Source: Malacoraja senta (taxonomy: Eukaryota). Taken from it: DNA of 64,000 nucleotides. The stretch lies in NCBI GenBank assembly GCA_038087875.1, contig CM075992.1, positions 7,566,001 to 7,630,000 of the forward strand, given 5' to 3'. Positions within the stretch are counted from its first letter, which is position 1. The number at the start of each line of letters is the position of its first letter. Made by a program: the position numbers and the translations under genes. Shown in pieces: positions 51,599 through 62,664 of the stretch. The notes below the pieces were generated by a model that was not told the origin of the DNA, made no database searches, and was given only the letters and a program-made list of their open reading frames with translations.

Positions 51599-51943
51599 CA
51601 AGAATTTATCTATCTCTGCCTTAAAAATATCCATTGATATCCTCACTGCTTGCACCCAACCCTCTTCATCTATCAGCATTGCCTTTCATTCCTGCCTCCT
51701 TCAGCTATACATCTAGCTTCCTCTTGAAATGTATCATCAAAGGGTGTTATGAAAGGGAACAAAAGAGAAAGTAGTTTTTAATGCTACAGGGATTCCTTCT
51801 GGATGTTTTAACGCTGAGACTGATAATATCTATTTTAAAGAAAAGTCATAGAATGATTAGTAAACAAAGGGGGCAGTTTGGTCCATCGTGTTTCTGTCTG
51901 AGTCACGTGAGCTTCACAACTCAGCCCTTTTTCCACATCCTTA

Positions 51944-52125
51944 AGGGCCTGTCCCACTTTCACGACCTAATTCACGACCTCTGCCGAGTTTGCCCTTGAC
52001 TCGTACTCGCAACATCGTCGTCACGAGGTCGTAGGTACTCGTGGCATCAAGTAGGTCGGGGCGTTTTTCTAGCCTGATGAAAAATGTCCACGAGTAAAAA
52101 AGGTTGTGAAAGTGAGATATGCCCT
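51944..52125. mobile_element. PIF/Harbinger-like MITE, ~190-bp subfamily
   Basis: Left TIR intact, right TIR degenerate (GTGAGATATGCCCT); TTA TSD. Confidence 0.82.
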
Positions 52126-52386
52126 TTACAAACCTTTCCTCACCATATCTCCATCCAACTCCCCCCTGCAGCCTACAGTGCAACCTGCTTCCAGCACATC
52201 TGCAGGCACCGCTTTCCAGATTACAAATGGAATTTTTTTTTAAATCCCCATGTCACTCTTAATTTTCTTCCTCTTTATTTTATACCTTTGACCTCCAGCT
52301 CACGATCCCTCCACCAACTGGAACACCATCCAGTCTCTGATCAGATCACTCAGTATTTTATATGCTTTTATCAGATCTCTCCTCTA

Positions 52387-52800
52387 TGATACAAAATAAC
52401 TTTATTTATCCCAGGAGGGAAAATGATCTGCCAACAGTCATAAAACACAAGATACACGAAACATGAAATTAAAGTGACGAGAGGAAAGGATTGGGGATGT
52501 GCAAAGATTTTTGGGGAGAAGGGAGGGGGAGTCAGTTTACCCCATGACAAGGTGGAAGAGTTGTACAGTTTGATAGCCACAGGGAAGAAGGATCTCCTGT
52601 GGCGTTCTGTGCTGCATCTTGGCGAAACCACTGTTGCTGAAGGCGCTCCTCAGGTTGACCAGTGGGTCATGGAGGGGGTGAGCTGTATTGTCCAGGATGC
52701 TCCGCAGTTTGAGGAGCATCCTCCCCTCCAAGACCAACCTCCCATGAATCCAACTCCAACTCTGCCCCCAGGACGGAGCCAGCCTTCCTGATGAGTTTGT
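52387..52800 (-). mobile_element. Rex1/Babar-like LINE 3' fragment
   Basis: KLRSILDNTAHPLH...PRCSTERHRRSFFPVAIKLYN, then 3' UTR ending GGGATAAATAAAG. Confidence 0.8.
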
Positions 52801-53436
52801 TACCTTCCTGATGAGCTTGAAGAAGACAATCCCAGTCTCATGACTTATTTATGTAAATATAGTCCCTCTTCTTGATAACCAATATTTTCTGGAACCTTAC
52901 TAATGCCTTCACATCATTCCTTAAATGTAATGACTAGAATTGAACGATACTCCAGCCGAGACTGGACAAACATTTATTAAGCCTCAGCATGACTTCCCTG
53001 CTTTTATTTTCTATACGACTATTAATAAAGCCTAGCACTGTTCGCCTTATTAACCATTTTCTCAACCTGCCCAGCCATTGTATTACTGTACCCGTAACCT
53101 CAGGCCCTTCTGCTCCTGCACTCCTTTTAGAATAGTATCCGTTATTCCATTTTGCTTCCCCTAATTGTTGCGAGTAAAATGTTGTGTCAAATACAAATGT
53201 AGAAATTGTGGCTTTCTACATGTGTACATCTTCAACACGGATCCTAAAAAACAATGGTCACACCACCAACTTCTGTGGAATCTGTAAATCAATTGTTCAT
53301 GACCCTCTGCGGCAATCTGGAGAAGGTTTCTCCCATGGTGTTATTACTTACTGAGTTCTGTATTCCAACTTTGGAACTCAGCAACTTTGAAGGAGAAGCT
53401 AAAGTATTTCCAAGTCAGGATGGAGCCTGAATCCGT

Positions 53437-53993
53437 GCCAGGTGCAACAGAGGTTCACCTGCACCTCCTCCAACCTCATCTATTGCATCCGCTGCTCTAG
53501 ATGTCAGCTGATCCACATCGGTGAGACCAAGCGTAGGCTTGACGATCGTTTCGCCAAACACCTCCGCTCGGCCCGCACTAACCAACCTGACCTCCCCTGT
53601 GGCTCAGCACTTCAACTGCCCCTCCCATTCCAAATCCGACCTTTCTGTCCTGGGCCTCCTCCATTACCAGAGTGAGCACCACCGGAAACTGGAGGAGTAG
53701 CACCTCATATTTCCGCTTGGGCAGTCTGCATCCCAGTGGCCTGAACATTGACTTCTCCAATTTCCGGTAGCCCTTTCTGTCTCCTCCCCTTCTCAGCTCT
53801 CTCTTCCCTCTGGCTCCTCCTCTTCCTTTCTTCTTCCCGCCCCCCCCCCCCCACCCTGCATCAGTCTGAAGAAGGGTTTCGGCCCGAAACGTTGCCTATT
53901 TCCTTCGCTCCATAGATGCTGCCGCACCCACGGAGTTTCGCCAACATTTTTGTCTACCTTCGATTTTCCAGCATCTGCAGTTCCTTCTTGAAC
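53437..53993 (+). mobile_element. Penelope-like 3' fragment (GIY-YIG plus pseudo-LTR)
   Basis: RFTCTSSNLIYCIRCSRCQLIHIGETKRRL; same 3' sequence as 51060-51598; frameshifted. Confidence 0.88.
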
Positions 53994-54479
53994 ATGGAGC
54001 CTGATTCAGCAGTGGTAAAAGTCATGCATTTCTGAGGCACTGTTTGAGTAGCCTACATCGTGTATTTTGTAAATGATACATGTTCTCACCCATGTGGCAC
54101 CAATGGATGCAGTGAACGATCCAAATCGAGAATGGCACACCATTCAAGGCTGCTCCATCTTAGATTGTGTTGAGTTTCAAGTGTTGTTGCACATGGACTA
54201 AAGGGCAGGCAATCATTTCACCGATGCCTTTTGCCAAATGGGTTTCTTTGTACAAATAGAAAGAATCTGAACACGAGGTGAAAATAATTTTAAGTTACAA
54301 CTCAACACTTGAAAGTCAAGGTACCAAAAAGGAGCTGGAGGTTCAGTTTTAATCAACACTTATTCAAGACGGTCAAAAAGAAAATGTATCACGCCAAACA
54401 ACATACAAATGGTTATGTTGTTTAAGTGAACACCACAAAGTATTATCAAATGACACATGCGCCACTTTGTCAAACTTAC

Positions 54480-54539
54480 CTCGTTTTCTATTTCAGCACG
54501 GCTCTTAATTTGGACGTTTGTAACGTTAACGTTGGGTAC
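54480..54539 (-). CDS. MVB12A: MVB12A exon (UMA domain)
   Basis: cttcctgcag|GTA...AAC GAG|gtaagt; VPNVNVTNVQIKSRAEIENE, compare human LTIKSLADIEEE. Confidence 0.88.
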
Positions 54540-55820
54540 CTGCAGGAAGATATGAAACGTGAGCTGCAGCATTATCCCATTGCATAATCGCTGCACTAGA
54601 ACTGAATATAGTCTGACTCCAACTTTATCCAATATGACCTCTGTTTGTCTTGATATGGTCAGGTTTATCAACGTACTAATGAGTGCTTAAAATAAATCTT
54701 ACCTCAACAATAGAGGCCATGGATAATGGCGGTTAACATATTGGAGAGAATATAAGCAGTGGTCAGTAGCAGATAAAGGTCTCTTCACACTTTATAACAA
54801 ATGGGCAGGTATATTTGGTAAAGTGATAGAGGGGTGAAAGTGGTCATCGGCAGGCTATGGTGGCCGGGAACCTTTTGACAGTTATCAACAGCAGTTGGTG
54901 GGAATAGACACAAAATGCTGGAGTAACTCAGTGGGACCAGCAGCATCTCTGGAGAGAAGTAATGGGTGACGTTTCCATTTTCCATTTGAGACCCTTCTTC
55001 AGACTGAGAGTCAGGGGAGAGGGAAACTAGAGATATGGAAAGGTAAGGTGAGAATATGACAGATCAAAGCAGACGACAATCAAGGAAACGTAGAATGTTT
55101 CATTGTTGGCTGTGGGGAAGATGACAACGAGGCATACAAACAGTAAAATTAATCAAGAGGACAGTGAAACTAGTCGGAGAATAGGGTGGGGGAAGGACGG
55201 AGAGGGAGGGAAAGCAAGGGTTACTTGAAGTTAGAGAAACCAATATTCATACCACTGGGTTGTAAGATGCCCAAGCGAAATATGTTGGTGGGGTTTGGGT
55301 CAGTTAGTTATTTCTAGATGGCAGTAATGATGGTGGATGGCCAGTTGCAGGGGAATCTATACTATGGTCAGTGCAGGCAGGGATATGCAAACAGCAGGCA
55401 TCCTTTGCAATGGAAATACCACACTGTGATAGTGGTTAAATAGATGGTGGTGGGGGTGGCATCCATGAAAGACAAATAATGGAAGGTATCCTTGGACATG
55501 TAAACAGATCCTTAGTAGCATGATGACGAGTTGCATCTCCACAGAAAATGGTCAGCATTAGGTACATGATTCACTCAGTAACTTGGACTAGGCAGACCCC
55601 TATCACCACGTCACAATCCTTCAACTACAGAATACAAGGTATATGAAGAAACATTAAAATAGCCAATTACCCACTCATTTCTGAGCCTGCAAACATAGAA
55701 AGGCAGACTTTCAGATGATAATAGCATGCACGGAAGGTTGGCTGAAAGAGGAATCTTTAGAGGAATGCACATTTTGAAATCACCGCAGCACACGCTGCAA
55801 GTGCAACAGGCTGAACTTAC

Positions 55821-55873
55821 ATTCATCGTATTTTCAAATCTGGGGTGTAAAGCAAAAGGAACACCATCCATTG
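55821..55873 (-). CDS. MVB12A: MVB12A exon (UMA domain start)
   Basis: tttttacag|CA ATG...ATG AAT|gtaagt; AMDGVPFALHPRFENTMN (VPF motif). Confidence 0.93.
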
Positions 55874-56113
55874 CTGTAAAAAAAAGAAAGAATTGCAGCA
55901 AGTTAAAAACACTTTGTATTCTTATATCACAGCTCTACAACCTTTTCAAAACTTCACCTCATGTCGATGGTAACAAACTGGTTTTCTGATCTCCAATCTG
56001 CAAAACAATCTTCCATTACCACCCCCTCTCTTTTCACAAAGTATATCACTGCCTGCCACTAATCCAATTTTGTATCCAACCTTGGTCATGTTCACCCTCA
56101 ACTGCTCACCCTT

Positions 56114-56167
56114 GGGGTGGGAGATTGCAACCTTCACGTGGTCCGCCCTGTTTCGACGAATGCAATC
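56114..56167 (+). ncRNA. HDV-like (CPEB3-type) self-cleaving ribozyme, minimal P4
   Basis: P1 GGGGTGG/CCGCCCT (G1-U wobble), P2 GATTGCA/TGCAATC, P3 ACC/GGT, L3 TTCACGT, G, mini-P4 T-TTCG-A, J4/2 CGAA with putative catalytic C56157. Confidence 0.85.
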
Positions 56168-56250
56168 AACCTGGCGTGCACAATCAAATAAGATCAAATA
56201 GAACAAGTTGTCCTGCAACTTTAGGCTGTGCACGCCATACGCAAGAAGAA
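56114..56250 (+). mobile_element. Short non-autonomous retroposon headed by an HDV-like ribozyme
   Basis: About 135 bp, ends CAAGAAGAA, flanked by a 13-bp direct repeat AACTGCTCACCCT (56100-56112 / 56249-56261). Confidence 0.85.
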
Positions 56251-57952
56251 CTGCTCACCCTGGATCCATTGAAATACATATTTGGGCTTGATTTATCCAA
56301 ACCACTTGCAATTGGCGTCAACACCTTTGAACATGATTCCTGGTCTAAATTGCTAATCACTGACATCTACTTTTAAAAAATCCATGCGTGTTGAGGATTG
56401 AACTTGGCTATTGCAAGGGACTGCAGTCAAATAACCTTCCAGAACCTGCATGTGAAAATTAACTATTGGCCACCGAGCAGGCCATTAGTTTGGAAGCCAA
56501 AGATCTGGAACAACCGCTCCCATGAGGGAAGAGAGGAGAATGAAGATGAGTGGAACTAATAAAAAAAAATTGAAGTAATAACTTTGGAAAATATATATTT
56601 GTAACAAAGGGTTGTGCTTCTCAATCTTTATTGGAACAAAATCATATTCCATAACTCTTCTGGCACTGATGACCATTCAACTATTTAGAACTGAGATAAG
56701 AAATTAATTTAGGTAGAAAATGGTTTATATTTGGAATTCTATCCCTCATGACATGTTGGGTCACTGAAATAGATCTTGAAAAGTTAGGAAAGAACTGTAG
56801 ATGCTGGTTTAAATCAAAGATAGACACAAAATGCTGGAGTAACTCAGCAGGATAGGCAGCATCTCTGGAGAGAAGGAACGGGTGACGTTTCGGGTCGAGA
56901 CTCTTCTTCAGACTGATGTCAGGGAAGTGGGCGATAAAATCTAGTTGGAGACAGTAAGACTGGTCAGAGAACTGGGGAGAGGGTTGGAGAGAGAGGGAAA
57001 GCAAGGGCTACTTGAAGTTAGAGAAGTCAATATTCATACCCCTGGGGTGTAAGCTACCCAAGTGAAATATGAGGTGCTTGAATAGTTAAGTCAGTAAGAT
57101 AGAATTGGGCAGTAAAATTAACTTGAGGCACAGATTTCAGGACCGGACCCAGAGACCATAACGCCTACTCATACTTGTATTTATGTTGTTTGTAAAATAA
57201 ATAACTTCATCCAGATATTTGCACATTTTAGGAATAGCCACAGTTCAATGCTGGGAAGTAAAGAATTGCTATGTGGATAAAAATAGAATTAAAGTTCTTT
57301 TCCCGTTTGTGGTAGGTAAGCACAAGTATGACCCCAATTTTGTCAACACTGGTGACGCAATGTATGTTTTACTCAGTAGATTTACTCCTCAATTTCCAAA
57401 GTAGTTGTCTGTGAAGGAGCGGTTGACAAAATGAATTTAATTTCAGAGATTTTTACTGCCATGTTAGATTTGAACGCAGACCCTGGGAGTGAAGGGCAAC
57501 CGATAAGCTAGGTAAATAAGAAAAAGCTATCTCCATGTACATTTGAAAAAATGAAGAATTTGGACCCAACATATTATATTATTGCCAAGTGCAGTCGAGT
57601 AGAATTTTCATGTCCCCGAAATGCATTTCTTTTTGAAGTTGGATCAAAATACGATCCAAGAATGAGCAGTACTGAAGCTAAATGTTTATAAAGGCAGTCT
57701 CACCACATAATATTCGCGTATTTACACCAACAAAGAACTGCATGTTAATTTGCTGCTGTCACATGCAATGGGTCCAACTAGCTCTTGGATTTGGGATAAC
57801 TATTGCCAACAGCTTGATTTTACACCAAAATAGAGACAAAATAATCATTAACAGGCTCACATTTCTCTCTCCCTTTATGATTTTGTCAGTGACTTTCTCT
57901 CATTTTCGAGAAACACAAGCATGTGGAAAATAGCATGTTTGTCCACCCTTAC

Positions 57953-58059
57953 CCGAGATTCCATAAATATTCTCCGAGCTGTACACAGTATCTTTGGCCT
58001 CCAAGTTTGATCGCCTCTTGCTTAGACGAATGGTAAGTGTATCATCTTCTTGACTTTTG
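57953..58059 (-). CDS. MVB12A: MVB12A exon
   Basis: tttttaacttgttgcag|C AAA...TCG G|gtaagg; SKSQEDDTLTIRLSKRRSNLEAKDTVYSSENIYGIS, compare human ..DSIYEASSLYGIS; phases fit both neighbours. Confidence 0.87.
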
Positions 58060-58369
58060 CTGCAACAAGTTAAAAAGCTTTCAAATGTAGCTTTCAAATG
58101 CCTAGCCTGGATATTTTCATTGCTCAGTGGAGATAGTCATCTCAGCTTAGTCCTGTGCCAACTGCACTGCTGGGCTTAAATCTGTCTAATTGCAGGATCA
58201 ACTTTAATTACATAAAAACTATATAATGCAAAAGATTGGATTTTTTTTAAATTTTTTTTTTTAAACAGTCTGAGAGATTAGAAAAAACAATTGTTCCCAT
58301 TTTAACTTCTGTCAATTGGGATAATAGCTTAATGATAAACTGTAGCTCCAATCTGTGAAATGCATATAC

Positions 58370-58504
58370 CTTTGAAAAGACTTTGTATTCTCATTCTCTA
58401 GTGATAGGTTTTGCATATCTTTACTCATGCTTCTTGGCTTGGGCAGTGGTTTTGGTTTGGCGATTCTTCCTTTTCTACACCAAATGACAAAACCACTAAG
58501 CTCT
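58370..58504 (-). CDS. MVB12A: MVB12A exon
   Basis: ttttacag|A GAG...CAA AG|gtatat; ELSGFVIWCRKGRIAKPKPLPKPRSMSKDMQNLSLE, compare human [31 protein letters not shown]. Confidence 0.92.
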
Positions 58505-59064
58505 CTGTAAAATAAAAACAACACCAGCTAATGCATCGAGACGCAAACGCACACATGGAATTTCTTCCCACATGTACAAGTAAACACACAAAAGAGGCAA
58601 AATATACAGACACCAATATACAGATTTTAAGAATGCAGATAAGGTGTATCAAATCATGAGAGGAATAGATCGGGTAGATGCACAGAGTCTCGCCCAGAGT
58701 AGGTGAATCGAGGACCAGAGGACATGGGTTTAAGGTAAAGGGAAAAGATTTAATAGGAATCTGAGGGGTATCTCTTTCCACAAAAAGGATGGTGGGTGTA
58801 TGGAACAAGCTGCCAGAGGAGGTAGTTGAGGCCGGGACTATCCCAACGTTTAAGAAAGTTAGACAGATGTATGGATAGGGCAGGCTTAGGAGGAATATGG
58901 ACCAAACGCAGGCAGGCGAGACTAGTGTAGCTGGAACATGATGGCCGGTGTGGGCTAGTTGGGCCGAAGGGCCTGTTTCCACGTTGTAATAATCTATGGA
59001 TACCCAATTAAGGCAGAGACATGTACATGATAAATGCACAATGAGATATAGGATGATATAAAAA

Positions 59065-59470
59065 TTACACAAAATGCTGGAGTAACTCAGCGGGACAGGC
59101 AGCATCTCTGGAGAGAAGGAATAGGTGACGTTTTGGGTCGAGACCCTTCTTCAGACTGATGTCAGGGGAGTAGGCGGGACAGAGATAGAATGCAGTCGGG
59201 CACAGTAAGACTGGTGAGAAAACTGGGAAGGGGAGGGGATGGAGAGAGGGAAAGCAAGAGCTATTTGAAATTAGAGAAGTCAATGTTCATACCGCTGGGG
59301 TGTAAGCTACCCAAGCGAAATATGAGGTGCCGTTCCTCCAATTTGCACTGGGCCTCACTCTGACAATGGAGGAGGCCCAGGACAGAAAAGGTCAGATTGG
59401 GAATGGGAGGGGGAGTTAAAGTACTGAGCAACCGGGAGATCAGGTAGGTTAAAGCAAACAGAGCGGAGGA
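59065..59470 (-). mobile_element. Penelope-like 3' fragment
   Basis: SVLGLLHCQSEAQCKLEERHLIFRLGSLHPSGMNIDFSNF followed by the pseudo-LTR repeat. Confidence 0.85.
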
Positions 59471-59547
59471 TTTTATTTTCGGACCCAGAATTCGTTGAGG
59501 CGGGGGCAGAGGGGAACATGGGTGAGGCCTCTGCTGAGGACATAAAA

Positions 59548-59983
59548 ATGACATACGATGAAAGAATGGGTCGACTGGGCTTGTATTCATTGGAATTTAG
59601 AAGGATGAGAGGGGATCTTAATGAAACATATACAATTGGACAGGCTAGATGCAGGAAAAATGTTCCCAATGTTGGGGGAGTCCAGAACCAGGGGTCACAG
59701 TTTAAGAATAAGGGGTAGGCCATTTAGGACAGAGATGAGAAAAAACGTCTTCACCCAGAGAGTTGTGAATCTGTGGAATTCTCTGCCACAGAAGGCAGTG
59801 GAGGCCAATTCACTGGATGTTTTCAAGAGAGAGTTAGATTTAGCTCTTCTGGCTAAAGGAATCAAGGGATATGGGGAAAAAGCAGGAACGGGGTACTGAT
59901 TTTAGATGATCAGCCATGATCATATTGAATGGCGGTGCTGGCTCGAAGGGCCGAATGGTCTACTCCTGCACCTATTTTTCTAT
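59548..59983 (+). mobile_element. CR1/HER1-type LINE 3' fragment
   Basis: [33 protein letters not shown] and the 3' tail. Confidence 0.88.
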
Positions 59984-60350
59984 AAAAAAATGAAGATCTC
60001 TTTAAACCAAGTGATGCAACTAATCCTGGGACTGTGGCAGTCAATAATTAACAGTTAGATCCTTCATTGGAGTTAGGTATAAAACTGAAAGCATTTGTTT
60101 AAATATACTTCCTGGTGAGAAATACAAATCAGATAAAAAATGCAGTTTAAAAAAAAAATTCACACAAGGTTCACATTTAAAGGAAAATGCATTCAGCTGT
60201 AGAGAAAGGCCTTATCTCTACTCAATGAAACTGAAAAGACATATATATTCCAGCTTTCTGATTTTCAATTAGCCCTAAAGATAATAAGTACGGAGATAAT
60301 AAGCACAGCGCAATTGTACTCTATATAATGGTATGAAAATCTACTTCAAT

Positions 60351-60872
60351 TAGAAACATAGAACATAGGTGCAGGAGGAGGCCATTCGGCCCTTCGAGCC
60401 AGCACCGCCATTCATTGTGCTCATGGCTGATCGTCCCCAATCAATAACCCGTGCCTGCCTTCTCCCCATATCCCTTGATTCCACTAGCCCCTAGAGCTCT
60501 ATCTAACTCTCTCTTAAATCCATCCAGTCATTTGGCCTCCACTGCCCTCTGTGGCAGGGAATTCCACAAATTCACAACTCTCTGGGTGAAAACGTTTTTT
60601 CTCACCTCAGTCTGAAATGGCCTACCCTTTATTCTAAGACTGTGGCCCCTGGTTCTGGACTCGCCCAACATTGGGAACATTTTTCCTGCATCTAGCTTGT
60701 CCAGTCCTTTTATAAGTTTCTATAAGACCCCCCTCATCCTTCTAAACTCCAGGGAATACAAACCTAGTCTTTTCAATCTTTCCTCATATGACAGTCCCGC
60801 CATCCCAGGGATCAATCTCGTGAACCTACGCTGCACTGCCTCAATCACAAGGATGTCCTTCCTCAAATTAGG
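60351..60872 (-). mobile_element. CR1/HER1-type LINE 3' fragment
   Basis: [38 protein letters not shown] and the 3' tail. Confidence 0.88.
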
Positions 60873-60954
60873 TGCCAATATTACACTTGATGGGTAACAT
60901 CTTTTATTTCTTGTAATTGTGCACTCGGGCAAAAATTCTGGGGACATTACTTAC

Positions 60955-61084
60955 CCAATGCATGTATATGAAGGCACAATCTGCTTGCTTTTCCCAGTCA
61001 GCTTGATATCAAAAATAGCCGTGTCAGCCTCTTTAAATGGGATTCTCCTAATGCATAGACGTTTCTTTTTAGACACCGTAACCT
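60955..61084 (-). CDS. MVB12A: MVB12A exon (MABP domain; first in window, gene starts beyond 64000)
   Basis: Minus strand ttttccccag|AG GTT...ATT GG|gtaagt; VTVSKKKRLCIRRIPFKEADTAIFDIKLTGKSKQIVPSYTCIG, similar to recalled human [30 protein letters not shown]; not in the ORF track. Confidence 0.92.
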
Positions 61085-61655
61085 CTGGGGAAAAAGGAGA
61101 GAACAGTTACTAAAAAACTGGGAGGCGAGAATGCTGGGGGCTGGGGGGGGCGGGGGAAGGTAAGAGTTTTTTAAAAAGTAGAAATGTTGAGGGTATGTGG
61201 CTGCCCATCCAAATACTGTACCACTGGTGACTTAAACTAGAAACCTACTCGCTAGATTCCAGAGGCACCCAGTCATAATCCAATCACTGCAGACAGTGTA
61301 CTGTATACTAAGCAGCAGTAGAAATGATCGTCTCAAGAGATTGCATGGCTTCTGACTGCATTTTTCCTTGACGTTCTTCACCTTTGAGTATTGGGGAAGG
61401 GAGAAGCAAGTCAAAGGATCTCCCAAGTGGTTTGATCTTGGGTTTGGCGAATTTGAAACAAAAAGTGTATTTGGTTTATATAAAAGCAACAAGGAGTACA
61501 TGGGTGTCCCTTGAAGAACTGAATCTCTTCCAAGGCCCTGGATGTGCCTGGGTGAACCAAAAACAAGTGTCCATGATTTCTCTGTGACCAGTACCAATGA
61601 GCAGACATTTTCTGGCAAAACAGAATCAATGGGCTAACCTAATTTTAGTTGTGAG

Positions 61656-62053
61656 CAGTGCCGGATTTAGATGAAGAGAGGCCCTAGGCTGTTCCACTTG
61701 TGAGGCCCCTCCCCATCCCCCACCACTAGAGGAAGATGGAAGAGTCCACCAGATTGACACCGATTTGCAGCCGAGCGTGGCCAATGAGATAAGGGGCTGA
61801 AAAGCTGCGCTTTATTTATTTATTTATGTATTGCCAGTGCTAGTGTCGAGTTATCGGCTTAAAACACAATTATTCTGAAATGGAGGGCAAGGAAAATTAC
61901 TGAAGGGTTGTTTAGAGACTACAGTGCTTTGTGACAGCATATGTAAGAAAGGCCTATGACAGTGTCAAAAATATGATACACCTGGCCGGAGGCCCCCTAG
62001 ATTTCGAGGCCCTAGGCTTCAGCCTGCGAAGCCTAATGGTAAATCCGGCTCTG
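61656..62053. mobile_element. hAT-superfamily MITE
   Basis: TIR CAGTGCCGGATTTA/TAAATCCGGCTCTG; perfect 8-bp TSD GTTGTGAG (61648-61655 / 62054-62061); subterminal GGCCCTAGGCT repeats. Confidence 0.87.
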
Positions 62054-62664
62054 GTTGTGAGGTTGTTGTTTGATTTGTATAAAAAATGGCTACGGGCTAT
62101 TGTGACAAATGGTGGTAATTGTGGCAAATGTCACACTGGTTTAGGGAAGATGGAACAGAAGATCAAATTATTACCATGTCATTCATACTGTATTTAAGCA
62201 CTGAGATAGGGTAGATAGATAATTAGATATTCACTATATATATATATCATCTTTGGAACTGAGCGCAACCGTGTCAGTGCCAAGGATACAGTCCACGAGT
62301 ACCGACAATCCAGCTCATGAACACTAAACCAGAGACTTACTGATTCCTGAATCTGCGGTAGCTAGTTTGATCCATTTGCCTCATCAAATCTTAATTAAAA
62401 CAATCTGATCATTTGGCATTTCTTGTAATTGTATTTGAGAGCAGCACAAGGTTGCCAAGATAGTCCAGAGATAAAGGATCAAGAATCGTGGCACACAAGG
62501 AACACGGAGATGGAAGCATCAAGGTAAAATAACTGAGTGACACACTGAGACATCTATAGTTTGAACACGTCCATGCTCGTAGATTACACAGAGCACTCTT
62601 CAAGATAATATATGGGACACCAAACAATCTTAGTTAAAAAAACACACAAATGTTTAACATAAGG

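Noticed and set aside
58060..58101. Alternative upstream in-frame acceptor for the MVB12A exon (ctag at 58101)
   Set aside because: No polypyrimidine tract; the 58059 acceptor is stronger and gives a segment length matching the recalled human protein.
62300..62420. Possible further MVB12A exon (minus-strand GTAAGT donor near 62340)
   Set aside because: Translation shows no similarity to the expected upstream MVB12A sequence and there is no good acceptor.
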